Shown here: one piece after another, positions 39,345 to 47,608 of the stretch
How the letters are laid out: every line of letters begins with the position of its first letter
Position numbering within the stretch: position 1 is the stretch's first letter
From: Candidatus Poribacteria bacterium
Lineage (GTDB): Bacteria > Poribacteria > WGA-4E > WGA-3G
Assembly: GCA_963663765.2 (NCBI GenBank)
Contig: CAXXUA010000005.1
Span: 832,001 to 896,000 of the forward strand
Length of the DNA stretch: 64,000 bases
Direction: 5' to 3'
The notes under the pieces: generated by a model
What the model was told of the DNA's origin: nothing
What the model saw: only the letters and a program-made list of their open reading frames with translations
Database searches by the model: none
Position numbers and translations under genes: made by a program

Positions 39345-39851
39345 TACCAATTCAAATAAATCTTGTCTCATTAAGGAATTCTACTGTTTACTGGCAGGGG
39401 GTTACTCTCTTCGGTAGGAGCGACCTCCAGGTCGCGAACGTCAACCCAAACCTACAACTCTTCGGTAGGAGCGACCTCCAGGTCGCGAACGTCAGCCCAA
39501 ACCTACAACTCCTGGTAGGAGCGACCTCCAGGTCGCGACCGTCAACCCAAACCTACAACTCTTGGTAGGAGCGACCTCACGGTCGCGAACGTCAGCCCAA
39601 ACCTACAACTCTTCGGTAGGAGCGACCTCCCGGTCGCGACCGTCAGCCCAAACCTACAACTCTTGGTAGGAGCGACCTCACGGTCGCGAACGTCAGCCCA
39701 AACCTACAACTCTTCGGTAGGAGCGACCTCCCGGTCGCGAACGTCAACCCAAACCTACAACTCTTGGTAGGAGCGACCTCCCGGTCGCGACCGTGAGGTC
39801 GCTCCTACCAAATTTCCGCTGCTAATGAGACATTATCACATGAAAATGGTA
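39345..39851 (+). mobile_element. MITE family C expanded by a REP tandem array
   Basis: TACCA...TGGTA ends with a TAA duplication. Excision restores the brnT frame. Confidence 0.85.
39414..39808 (+). repeat. Tandem array of 8 GTAG-REP hairpins in 50-51-bp units plus one inverted REP
   Basis: GTAGGAGCGACCTC(CA/AC/CC)GGTCGCGA(A/C)CGTCA(A/G)CCCAAACCTACAACTC; unit starts at 39414, 39465, 39515, 39565, 39616, 39666, 39717 and 39767. Confidence 0.92.
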
Positions 39852-40366
39852 TAAGTATAGCTTCCTCAAAGCGCACCCCATGCTTTTTATAGTTTGATCA
39901 GTTTTTGTTTTCATCCCATTCGAATTTCATAACACCACATCGGTTTATTTCAAATAACGATTCTCAATGAGAATTATACCATTTTTTCAAAAAAATGACG
40001 AATCTTTTCAAGCCAAAGTTATAATGTTAAGAACAATCATACGGGTGTGTAAAGTTTTTTTCACCCTTTTTGTCAGAATCACGAATTTCGCAGATAAGAC
40101 CTCTGCAACTAAATGTATTGCTTAGAGAAAACTTATCCGCTGCCATACGATTTCATGCTAGTGTTGAGTCAACATACTATTGTAGGTTGAGAATCGGAGA
40201 TCGCTCCTACAGAAGTCTTGTGTATTGTGTGTATTGTAGGAGGGAACTCCGATTCCCGACTTCTTTTTAGACCCATCATTAAGCACGTGACTAAGCACTA
40301 GTATCTTATCCGCTAACTCCGTGAAATCCGCGAAATCCGGGGTGTGTAAAGTTTTTGGCATGGACA

Positions 40367-41500
40367 TCATGCTGCTTTTGTGTTTGGATACCAATATCTG
40401 TCCCAAGCCTTATTCTTTGACAAACATCTCCACTTTAGCACAGCATTGATGCCCGGTTGCTCCCATCTCATAGCTGCTTGTTTACACCTTTCTCCGACAA
40501 CATGTTTACATGCACTTTCAATCACACCACTTCCAATCATATACCCTTTTTCTCTAAACGCTTTATACTGCATGCGGTTTGCATGTTTTTCAAAATATCT
40601 TGCTTCTCTTTCTAAACTCTCTGACACCTCTGCGTGCTGTGTGGCTAAGGCACGAATGCTTGAGGCAACTTCTGCGATGTTCCCATCATGCAGAAAACAT
40701 TCTGTTTCTTTTATCCACGCTTCAAACAGCTCCGTTTCTGTCTCTTCAAACACAAGTTTCGCAACATCATACAGATGAGACACGGCGTGTGGATAATCCA
40801 CAATCTGAACAGCATTCGGAAAGTATTCTTTACAAAGGTTCCAAATCCACGCAGCACCATCTCCGATAAATACAATCTCTTGTGTATTTATATCTTTTTG
40901 ATAGATGCCACTTTGTAGTGCTAACGCATACAACTTTTTACCAAATGCGGCGGCATTTTGACGACCCGCAACATACCGAATACTTTCTGTTCTCACACTC
41001 GGGGTCCCACCCGAAACAGGTTGTGGATAATCTCTGTAAATACACCCCACTTTCACCTCTTTCCACCCATCCGGAGAGTTCGTGTGGCACCCATCGCAAC
41101 TCACATACCAACGCTGATTTTCCGCAAGTTCTTGAGCCTCTACTTGTTCACATACATCCAAATCTTCTGCCAACTTACACACACTTTGATGAAGTGTCGT
41201 GTGACTCACTTCTATCCCTTGATGAGACAACTCCTCTGATGCTTCCCTATAGTCAAGCCGCGCAGACAAACGACACATCGCTTCAACAACACGATGCGTG
41301 TATTGATCCGATAACTTCTGTTTGACTTCCCACGGGGCATGCCTATGTCCGTGTTCACAACAATACACCCAACGCCTTGGACTTATTTTGCCACAAAGAG
41401 TTGTTAGATGTTTCGCACGCTTGCGTAATGGACGACAAGGTGCTTGACACTCTGGACATTCAACAGGTTCACTCTCTTTCTTACCTGCCTTTTTAGACAC
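40367..41500 (-). CDS. ISKra4/UPF0236-family DDE transposase
   Basis: CPEC Zn finger, SCDG, WKEVKVG, GDGAAWIW, DYPHA and IGSGVIESACK..VGERCK..MRW. Confidence 0.88.
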   Translation of the reverse strand: MSKKAGKKESEPVECPECQAPCRPLRKRAKHLTTLCGKISPRRWVYCCEHGHRHAPWEVKQKLSDQYTHRVVEAMCRLSARLDYREASEELSHQGIEVSHTTLHQSVCKLAEDLDVCEQVEAQELAENQRWYVSCDGCHTNSPDGWKEVKVGCIYRDYPQPVSGGTPSVRTESIRYVAGRQNAAAFGKKLYALALQSGIYQKDINTQEIVFIGDGAAWIWNLCKEYFPNAVQIVDYPHAVSHLYDVAKLVFEETETELFEAWIKETECFLHDGNIAEVASSIRALATQHAEVSESLEREARYFEKHANRMQYKAFREKGYMIGSGVIESACKHVVGERCKQAAMRWEQPGINAVLKWRCLSKNKAWDRYWYPNTKAA

Positions 41501-41684
41501 ACACTTCTAAAAACTTTTGTTCAAGAGAACGAAATGCTTCGGAAACACGAACTTCAACATCATCTAAAGATAAACTCTCGTCAGCATCAATGTCTCCATA
41601 GAGATCGGTTACTTCTTTGACAATCTTTCTAAAATCATCTTCCCAATCATTGCTTTCATGAACACTTAATGATATACTTGACAT
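41493..41684 (-). CDS. Short upstream ORF of the IS, probably the transposase N-terminus (frameshift)
   Basis: RBS GGAGAGG; overlaps the transposase ORF by 8 nt. Confidence 0.55.
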   Translation of the reverse strand: MSSISLSVHESNDWEDDFRKIVKEVTDLYGDIDADESLSLDDVEVRVSEAFRSLEQKFLEVCV

Positions 41685-41867
41685 TGGTATCCTCTCCTAA
41701 AATTGAAATTTATTAGGTTAGGATACCATGTGTATACATTCTGAGCAAGAACTCCATTCAAGGCATTTTCATGCCAAAAACTTTACACACCCACCCTGCT
41801 TAAACATTTGACTTCAACAAAAGATATGTGATACAATTAGATATAGAAAAACCTTTTTATAAAAAAC

Positions 41868-41893
41868 GAACCTTTTACATTTTCATTCGTCTA
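41868..41893 (+). promoter_or_regulatory. ECF-type promoter GAAC-N16-CGTCTA (plus sigma70-like TTGACT-N18-TACAAT at 41808-41837)
   Basis: The same AAC-N16-CGTCTA arrangement recurs at 42928-42953 before the paralogue. Confidence 0.5.
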
Positions 41894-41960
41894 ACCTGAC
41901 AAGAACACATTATCAGATATTTATTTTCATTTCACTTGCACTGAGTATAAGGAGAAAACA

Positions 41961-42809
41961 GTGAAATTTTCAAGAGTCCTCAGTATATTGGGAATAGTTT
42001 GTGTATTAGGTTTATTGCTTATTTTTGGAATACATCTGCAGGCACAGAATGAAGCCAAGGAAAAACTGATTGCGACAGAAAGCAATCAGCAAATGCAACG
42101 TTCCGCGCAGTTTCGCAACCGCCAACAAGGTTCAAACAAGAGCGGAGAAGGACGACAGCAGAATTGGGGTGGACAACAACGCCAACAGAACTGGGGTGGA
42201 CAACAACGTTCAAATGAGTCTAACTCCTCAGGTAGCACTGATTATTACCGCGTAATAGTGGACAACAATATATTTCGCCCTCTCGGTTGGAGACCCCCGA
42301 AAAGTGAACCTGAATATACTTTCATTGGCACATCTACCTCCGCTGACGGTTCTAAAGTGGAAGGATACATCTTGGAGAGACGTTCAAATAAGTTTTATAC
42401 CGCAGTGATCGGCGATAAAATCGGAGACGCAGTTGTTACAGACATCAAACAGAAGCAGATCTTATTAGACAAAGATGGAGAGGTGATTACCCTAAAAGCC
42501 GGAAATATGCAGTTTCTACAAGGCAGTAACTCTCGCGGCAGTTCATCCAGAGGAAACAACAGTAGAGATAACAACAGAGATGAAGATAGGAGAGCTTCCG
42601 AATCAAGTTCTTCTGATAGAAATAAAGCAGCTGCAGAAGCAAAAGCCAAAGAAGAAGCTGAACGGAGAGCCAGAGAAGAAATGAGGCGTAGATGGCAAGA
42701 AGGTATGAATAGATTCCGAAGTGCTTCTACTGAGCAACGTGAACGCATGATGCGTGAATACCGTGAACGTTCCAGAGGTGGTGATCGCCGCGGCGGTAGA
42801 GATCGTTAA
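41961..42809 (+). CDS. Membrane-anchored/secreted protein with GspC/PilP-like beta domain and R/E-rich tail
   Basis: N-terminal TM; YYRVIVDNNIFRPLGW.PP..YTFIGT...IGDKIGDAVVTDI..KQILL. Confidence 0.55.
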   Translation: MKFSRVLSILGIVCVLGLLLIFGIHLQAQNEAKEKLIATESNQQMQRSAQFRNRQQGSNKSGEGRQQNWGGQQRQQNWGGQQRSNESNSSGSTDYYRVIVDNNIFRPLGWRPPKSEPEYTFIGTSTSADGSKVEGYILERRSNKFYTAVIGDKIGDAVVTDIKQKQILLDKDGEVITLKAGNMQFLQGSNSRGSSSRGNNSRDNNRDEDRRASESSSSDRNKAAAEAKAKEEAERRAREEMRRRWQEGMNRFRSASTEQRERMMREYRERSRGGDRRGGRDR

Positions 42810-42927
42810 TATAACGTTACTATCATAATCTCCTTTTGTATTTAATCTAAAACAACCCTAACCCTATAAGTGACGTATGTCCTTATAGGGTTTGTTGTTA
42901 TTTTCCTATTTTGGACGTAAATAATAT

Positions 42928-42953
42928 AAACATTATTAAAACGTTTGCGTCTA
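42928..42953 (+). promoter_or_regulatory. ECF-type promoter AAAC-N16-CGTCTA
   Basis: Matches the motif upstream of 41961. Confidence 0.5.
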
Positions 42954-43009
42954 TAGTAATTGATTTTTCGTGTTGAAAGTTCGTGTTGATAGATTGAAAG
43001 GAGAATAAT

Positions 43010-43807
43010 GTGAAAATTTCGAAGATTATAGTTTTTTTGGGAATCGGTTGCATCATAGGTCTGTTCCTTGTTTTTGGAGTTGGACTTCACGCAAAATATT
43101 CAGACAAAAAGGGAAGTACACAGGTAAAAGCAGAAGAACTGAAATCAGAAGCCATGTCTCATAATGGACAGTCTTCAACCCATCAACAAACATCCTATTG
43201 GAGTTCAAAGGAACCTTCAGAAAACATAGAATCCGATGATAACTCGGATTATTATCAGGTGATTGTTGACAATAACCTATTTCGACCACTTGGTTGGAAA
43301 CCACCACATGAAGAAACCGCATATACATTGATCGGTACTGCTATTGATCCGAATGGTAATCAATCGGAAGCATTTGTGTTGGAAAAAAGCAGTAATCAAT
43401 TCTATGTTGTCGGAATTGGTGAAACAGTCGGTGATATGGTCGTCACGGATATTGATCAGAAAGAGGTTAGTTTGGTTAGTTTGAACAATGATGGTGAAAC
43501 GATCACCCTTAGCAGTGGCAATGTGCAGTTCCTCAGCAATGATGGTGAACGCGGTTCACGTGATTCCAACCGCTCAGAGTCTTATCAGCGGAACGAAAGT
43601 AACAACGAAAAGTCCAGAAGATCGGCTGAAATCGCAGCTGAAAGGAAAAAGATACAACAAGTCTTGAATGAAAGAAAAAATCGGATAAAAGATATGTGGA
43701 GAAATGCTTCACGAGAGAAAAGAGAATCTTCTCGTTTCAGACGTGTAATTGAGAATGAAAAGAAAAAATATCAAGCACTTGAACGTAAATTAGAATCCAT
43801 TAAGTGA
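43010..43807 (+). CDS. Tandem paralogue of 41961-42809
   Basis: Shared core YYQVIVDNNLFRPLGWKPP..YTLIGT...GETVGDMVVTDI. Confidence 0.6.
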   Translation: MKISKIIVFLGIGCIIGLFLVFGVGLHAKYSDKKGSTQVKAEELKSEAMSHNGQSSTHQQTSYWSSKEPSENIESDDNSDYYQVIVDNNLFRPLGWKPPHEETAYTLIGTAIDPNGNQSEAFVLEKSSNQFYVVGIGETVGDMVVTDIDQKEVSLVSLNNDGETITLSSGNVQFLSNDGERGSRDSNRSESYQRNESNNEKSRRSAEIAAERKKIQQVLNERKNRIKDMWRNASREKRESSRFRRVIENEKKKYQALERKLESIK

Positions 43808-43983
43808 TAAGTAAGTGCTACAAGGTTGATTCTGAAACATTTTTAGTTGATGTCGACAATCATCGGTAGATGCGATTAGAAACCGCATCTACCGATGATT
43901 GTTTTATTACCTCACAAGAGATAATAAAATCCTTGTGAGGTATTTTTATGCTGTAGGTTGTGTGACGGCTTCTAATCTGAGTG

Positions 43984-44802
43984 CTATGCGACGTTTTGCA
44001 CGTTTTCTGGCATGTTTTCCAGACGGGACAACCAATAACCGACATCATAGGACTCATCACCGATGAGGAAACGCCATAGTTTTATTCGGTTCACAATTTC
44101 AAGTCGCACATCATTTCCGTACCATCTGTGATTCCTGCTTAAAATGCCGCGGACGCCAGTAGTATCCAAGTCATCTGTATTCCAAAGTTTAAGTTGGCGT
44201 ACAGTTGGGTTTAGACGTAATTTGAACATATACCGTGTTTGGTCGGTAAGGTTCGGTTGTGCGCAGTGCCACATCCCGTGATGGACGACAAGGAGTGTGC
44301 CGGCATTACAAACGACTGCATGTTGACTGAGGAAGTTTTGATAGCGTGCGATGTCAGTCTCACAGACACGTCTGAAATGGCTGCCGGGTAAGATCATAGT
44401 GCCGCCCATTTCTCGGGGTGTGTCGTGTGAAAAATAGAAGAACTGAATATCAAAGTGCATGCGTAAGTCAATGATTGCATCCGCGTGCCATATTTGTCCG
44501 ATGTCACTATTTGGACGGACGATGTGCACAGCATGATGGTCGTATAAGGGTTTTTCACCGACAAGACTTTGGATAATGCCTTGTACTTTTGGTAATCGGA
44601 AAACATTTCCGACTGCGGACTCTTCTCCCCACACATCATCTAAGACGGTTCCACCGCCACCGCGCGTTGACACCCCTGAAGCCATTTCCTCATGTGCGGC
44701 TTTATTGTGTTCATCAGGGATAAAGTCATCAAAGCGAAGGTAGCCATCAGCTACGAAACTCGCCATCTGTTCTGTTGTTAGGAGATGTTGTTTATCAACC
44801 AT
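43984..44802 (-). CDS. PhyH-family dioxygenase
   Basis: FVADGYL, WHADA, GGTMILPGSH, HHGMWHCA and RYMFKLR. Confidence 0.85.
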   Translation of the reverse strand: MVDKQHLLTTEQMASFVADGYLRFDDFIPDEHNKAAHEEMASGVSTRGGGGTVLDDVWGEESAVGNVFRLPKVQGIIQSLVGEKPLYDHHAVHIVRPNSDIGQIWHADAIIDLRMHFDIQFFYFSHDTPREMGGTMILPGSHFRRVCETDIARYQNFLSQHAVVCNAGTLLVVHHGMWHCAQPNLTDQTRYMFKLRLNPTVRQLKLWNTDDLDTTGVRGILSRNHRWYGNDVRLEIVNRIKLWRFLIGDESYDVGYWLSRLENMPENVQNVA

Positions 44803-45077
44803 TAGATTTCCTCCATTTTCTCTAAGATATATTCAAATCTTAGATATGAAGTGTGATACTCCATACCGGGAAAAGCGGGGAATTGTTGTGGAAATTGTAT
44901 AACCCGCCACCCATCCTGCATTGCTTCCACAACGGAGTTATAGGGTGGGGCATCACTATCCCCAGTGGTATAACGTTTATTGCCAGTGCCGTCGTACATT
45001 GCCCATGCGACGACGTGGCTGTTTAGGTCTGGTGTGTGTAAATGTAACACCAGAAGTTGCTGTCTTAATTCAGCCAT
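44802..45077 (-). CDS. Small hypothetical protein translationally coupled to the PhyH gene
   Basis: Stop/start overlap at 44802; PPYNSVVEAMQDGWRVIQFP motif. Confidence 0.7.
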   Translation of the reverse strand: MAELRQQLLVLHLHTPDLNSHVVAWAMYDGTGNKRYTTGDSDAPPYNSVVEAMQDGWRVIQFPQQFPAFPGMEYHTSYLRFEYILEKMEEI

Positions 45078-45134
45078 ATAGTGTATCTGCCTTTCTGTTA
45101 TAAAAGCAGTGATGTTGTAAAATATTTATTAGGA

Positions 45135-45246
45135 CAAGACTTATGTATTTCCTCTTAAAGTCACTTTGATAAGAGGAGGTTAAATAACTAATATAACGAT
45201 TTGTTAACCCCCTACCCCTTTATCAAGGAGGAATGCGTAAGTCATG
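45135..45246. mobile_element. Degenerate family-B-ended MITE with different internal sequence
   Basis: CAAGACTTATGTA...TGCGTAAGTCATG with 5-bp duplication TAGGA. Confidence 0.7.
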
Positions 45247-45252
45247 TAGGAA

Positions 45253-46545
45253 TTAGATCACTGTATCGGGAGGGATTGTAGCGTCTTTTGGTACGATAAC
45301 GATCCCGTCCCGAATATAATAGTTGTCTGCATCATAATTGTCAAGGTTTTTTGTATTTGCGATGACGGCATTATCCCCGATTCGTGCGTTTTTGTCAATA
45401 ATTGCGTTTTGAATGAGGCATTTATTTCCGATGCCGACATTTGGTATACCGTTTAGTTTGTTCTCTGCACGTAGTGTATCGGACTCATAGAAATCAGCGC
45501 CCATGAGGACAGATTGGTAAATACGACTTCCGTTTGCGATGCTGCTGCGTATGCCGACGATAGTTCTGTCGATTTCCGAGTCGTCAATGATGGATCCTTC
45601 TGCGAGGATAGAAGAGCGTATACTACTGCTGTTGACTTTTGTGCTGGGTAAATGCCTTCTGTTTGTGTATATTGGTGCTTGCTCATTGTAAAAGTTGAAT
45701 TCTGGTGAGACATCGGTAAGTGCGATGTTAGCAGCGTAAAAAGCTCGGATGGTACCTATGTCTTCCCAGTATCCATCAAAGAAGTATGCGGAGACTTTGC
45801 ATGCTTTAATGCACTTTGGTAGAATATCTCTGCCGAAGTCCACATTGGTATCATCTTGTAAGACATCCTTTAAGATTTTCCTGTTGAAGATATAGATTCC
45901 CATAGAAGCGATATATTCTCTCTGTTTTGGGTCAATCCCACGTGAAATAAACACCTCGGGTTCAACCCGTAGTTGTTGTAATTCTTCCTCAGTCTGCGGT
46001 TTTTCAATAAAATCTGTGATTTGTCCGTTTGCATCAGTTTGGAGTATTCCGAGTCCGTTTGTAGCTTCTTTGTTGACAGGAATGACAGAAACGGTGATGT
46101 CTGCGTTGGTTTCGGTGTGAACGGCAAGCATTTTTTGATAATCCATCCGATAGAGATGGTCGCCAGCGAGGATAAGTACGTATTCGTCTGAGAACCGTGG
46201 ATTTAGGATATATGGTTGATTGTGTTTGACTGCGTCTGCGGTTCCTTGATACCATTCATCACCCATTAGTGTTTGTTGTGCTGCCAAGATCTGCACGAAC
46301 CCGCTGCGGTAGCTATCAAATCGGTAAGCTTGTGCGATGTGTCTGTTTAGCGATACGGAGTTAAATTGCGTGAGCACATATATTTTATCCAATCCTGAGT
46401 GTAGGCAGTTGCTAATGGGTATGTCTACGAGTCTGAATTTTCCTGCGATTGGAACACTGGGTTTTGCGCGGTCGCGTGTGAGTGGAAATAGACGTGTGCC
46501 GCGACCACCTCCGAGTATAACAGCGATGACGTTTCCTGTGCTCAT
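45253..46545 (-). CDS. glgC: Glucose-1-phosphate adenylyltransferase
   Basis: ILGGGRGTRLFPLTRDRAKPSVP, WYQGTADAV, ILAGDHLYRMDY, FIEKP and YWEDIGT. Confidence 0.97.
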   Translation of the reverse strand: MSTGNVIAVILGGGRGTRLFPLTRDRAKPSVPIAGKFRLVDIPISNCLHSGLDKIYVLTQFNSVSLNRHIAQAYRFDSYRSGFVQILAAQQTLMGDEWYQGTADAVKHNQPYILNPRFSDEYVLILAGDHLYRMDYQKMLAVHTETNADITVSVIPVNKEATNGLGILQTDANGQITDFIEKPQTEEELQQLRVEPEVFISRGIDPKQREYIASMGIYIFNRKILKDVLQDDTNVDFGRDILPKCIKACKVSAYFFDGYWEDIGTIRAFYAANIALTDVSPEFNFYNEQAPIYTNRRHLPSTKVNSSSIRSSILAEGSIIDDSEIDRTIVGIRSSIANGSRIYQSVLMGADFYESDTLRAENKLNGIPNVGIGNKCLIQNAIIDKNARIGDNAVIANTKNLDNYDADNYYIRDGIVIVPKDATIPPDTVI

Positions 46546-46635
46546 TTAGTTCTCCTATGTTGTGAATTCGGTTTTTTATGAGGTGTGTATTGGACTTAAG
46601 GCGTTTTTTGAACTCAAATAATTAGATGAAATATT

Positions 46636-46832
46636 TTATACACATATCGTTCCTACGGAACTCAAGAGAAAGGCGAAGATAGGTATTTCTATAAACATAT
46701 CGTCCCTACGGGACTACGAGTTCAAATTAACGTTGAATGTATATATAATAGCATTCAGTGGGTTGAAAACCCCTCAAACAAGAGGAAGTAGATGTCAAAA
46801 ATCGGGGTTACAAATCCCTTCCACAAGAGGTA
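46636..46832. repeat. REP-like cluster
   Basis: CATATCGT(T/C)CCTACGG(A/G)ACT twice and GGGGTT..AA.CCCT..CACAAGAGG twice; the latter also occurs at ~51592-51620. Confidence 0.65.
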
Positions 46833-46865
46833 AATCAGCTGATCATGGTTTGTGAGTTCGGTATT

Positions 46866-47486
46866 CTATAAACTTCCTTTGGTTGATTGGACACCTGTGA
46901 TGCGATTGTCCGTTTGTGTTGCGATGTCTAATGCTTTTGCGACTGCCTTAAAGATTGCTTCAATGATGTGATGCTGGTTTGTGCCATAGGGAACATTTAT
47001 GTGTAATGTTGTACCGCTGTGGTTGACGAATCCATGGAAGAATTCCTCTGTAAGTTCAATGTCAAATTCCCCGACTTTGCCGAATTCAAGTGGTGTTTTA
47101 TAGTGTAGAAAGGGTCGTCCGCAGATGTCCAGATCAACTTTTGCGAGTGCTTCGTACATAGAGACGGTGAAACTTCCGAAGCGGACCATTCCAGTTTTGT
47201 CACCGACTGCTTGATGGAATGCTTGTCCTAAACAGATTCCGACATCTTCGGTTGTGTGATGTGCGTCAACATGTAGGTCTCCTTTTGCTTGTACTTCCAG
47301 GTCGAAGAACCCGTGTTTTGCGAAGAGTTCTAACATGTGGTCTAAGAATCCAACACCTGTGTCAATTTTGGAATTTCCGTTTCCATCAAGGTTTAGACTG
47401 AGTTGTATTTGAGTTTCTTTTGTTTCTCTTGAGATTTGTGCTTTTCTTTTCATTTGAGTTTTTGCCATTTGAGTCTTGGCGTCCAA
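46866..47486 (-). CDS. hisB: Imidazoleglycerol-phosphate dehydratase
   Basis: [45 protein letters not shown] and STKGSL. True start probably a downstream Met. Confidence 0.97.
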   Translation of the reverse strand: MDAKTQMAKTQMKRKAQISRETKETQIQLSLNLDGNGNSKIDTGVGFLDHMLELFAKHGFFDLEVQAKGDLHVDAHHTTEDVGICLGQAFHQAVGDKTGMVRFGSFTVSMYEALAKVDLDICGRPFLHYKTPLEFGKVGEFDIELTEEFFHGFVNHSGTTLHINVPYGTNQHHIIEAIFKAVAKALDIATQTDNRITGVQSTKGSL

Positions 47487-47608
47487 TCTATTGGGTTTAA
47501 ATCAGTTGTTTCCGTTTAAGTGATTTCAATTTGGTTTCAATCTAATCAATTATACGTTGTAATAGTTGTTTTCGTAACGACATAGTATAAATCTGGCACA
47601 TTATTTGA

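Larger units (their letters stand above)
39106..39930 (-). pseudogene. BrnT-family toxin, premature stop plus MITE insertion
   Basis: MKFEWDENKN*SNYKKHGVRFEEAIL | IFA...VLVVCHTHRNRKKRIISARKATTKERRRY. Confidence 0.85.
40340..41792 (-). mobile_element. ISKra4/UPF0236-type insertion sequence
   Basis: 23-bp TIR GGGTGTGTAAAGTTTTTGGCATG / CATGCCAAAAACTTTACACACCC enclosing the transposase ORFs. No TSD seen. Confidence 0.88.

Noticed and set aside
39414-39808. Possible CRISPR array
   Set aside because: Intervening segments are near-identical rather than unique spacers, the units are GTAG-REP hairpins inside a MITE, and no cas genes are present.
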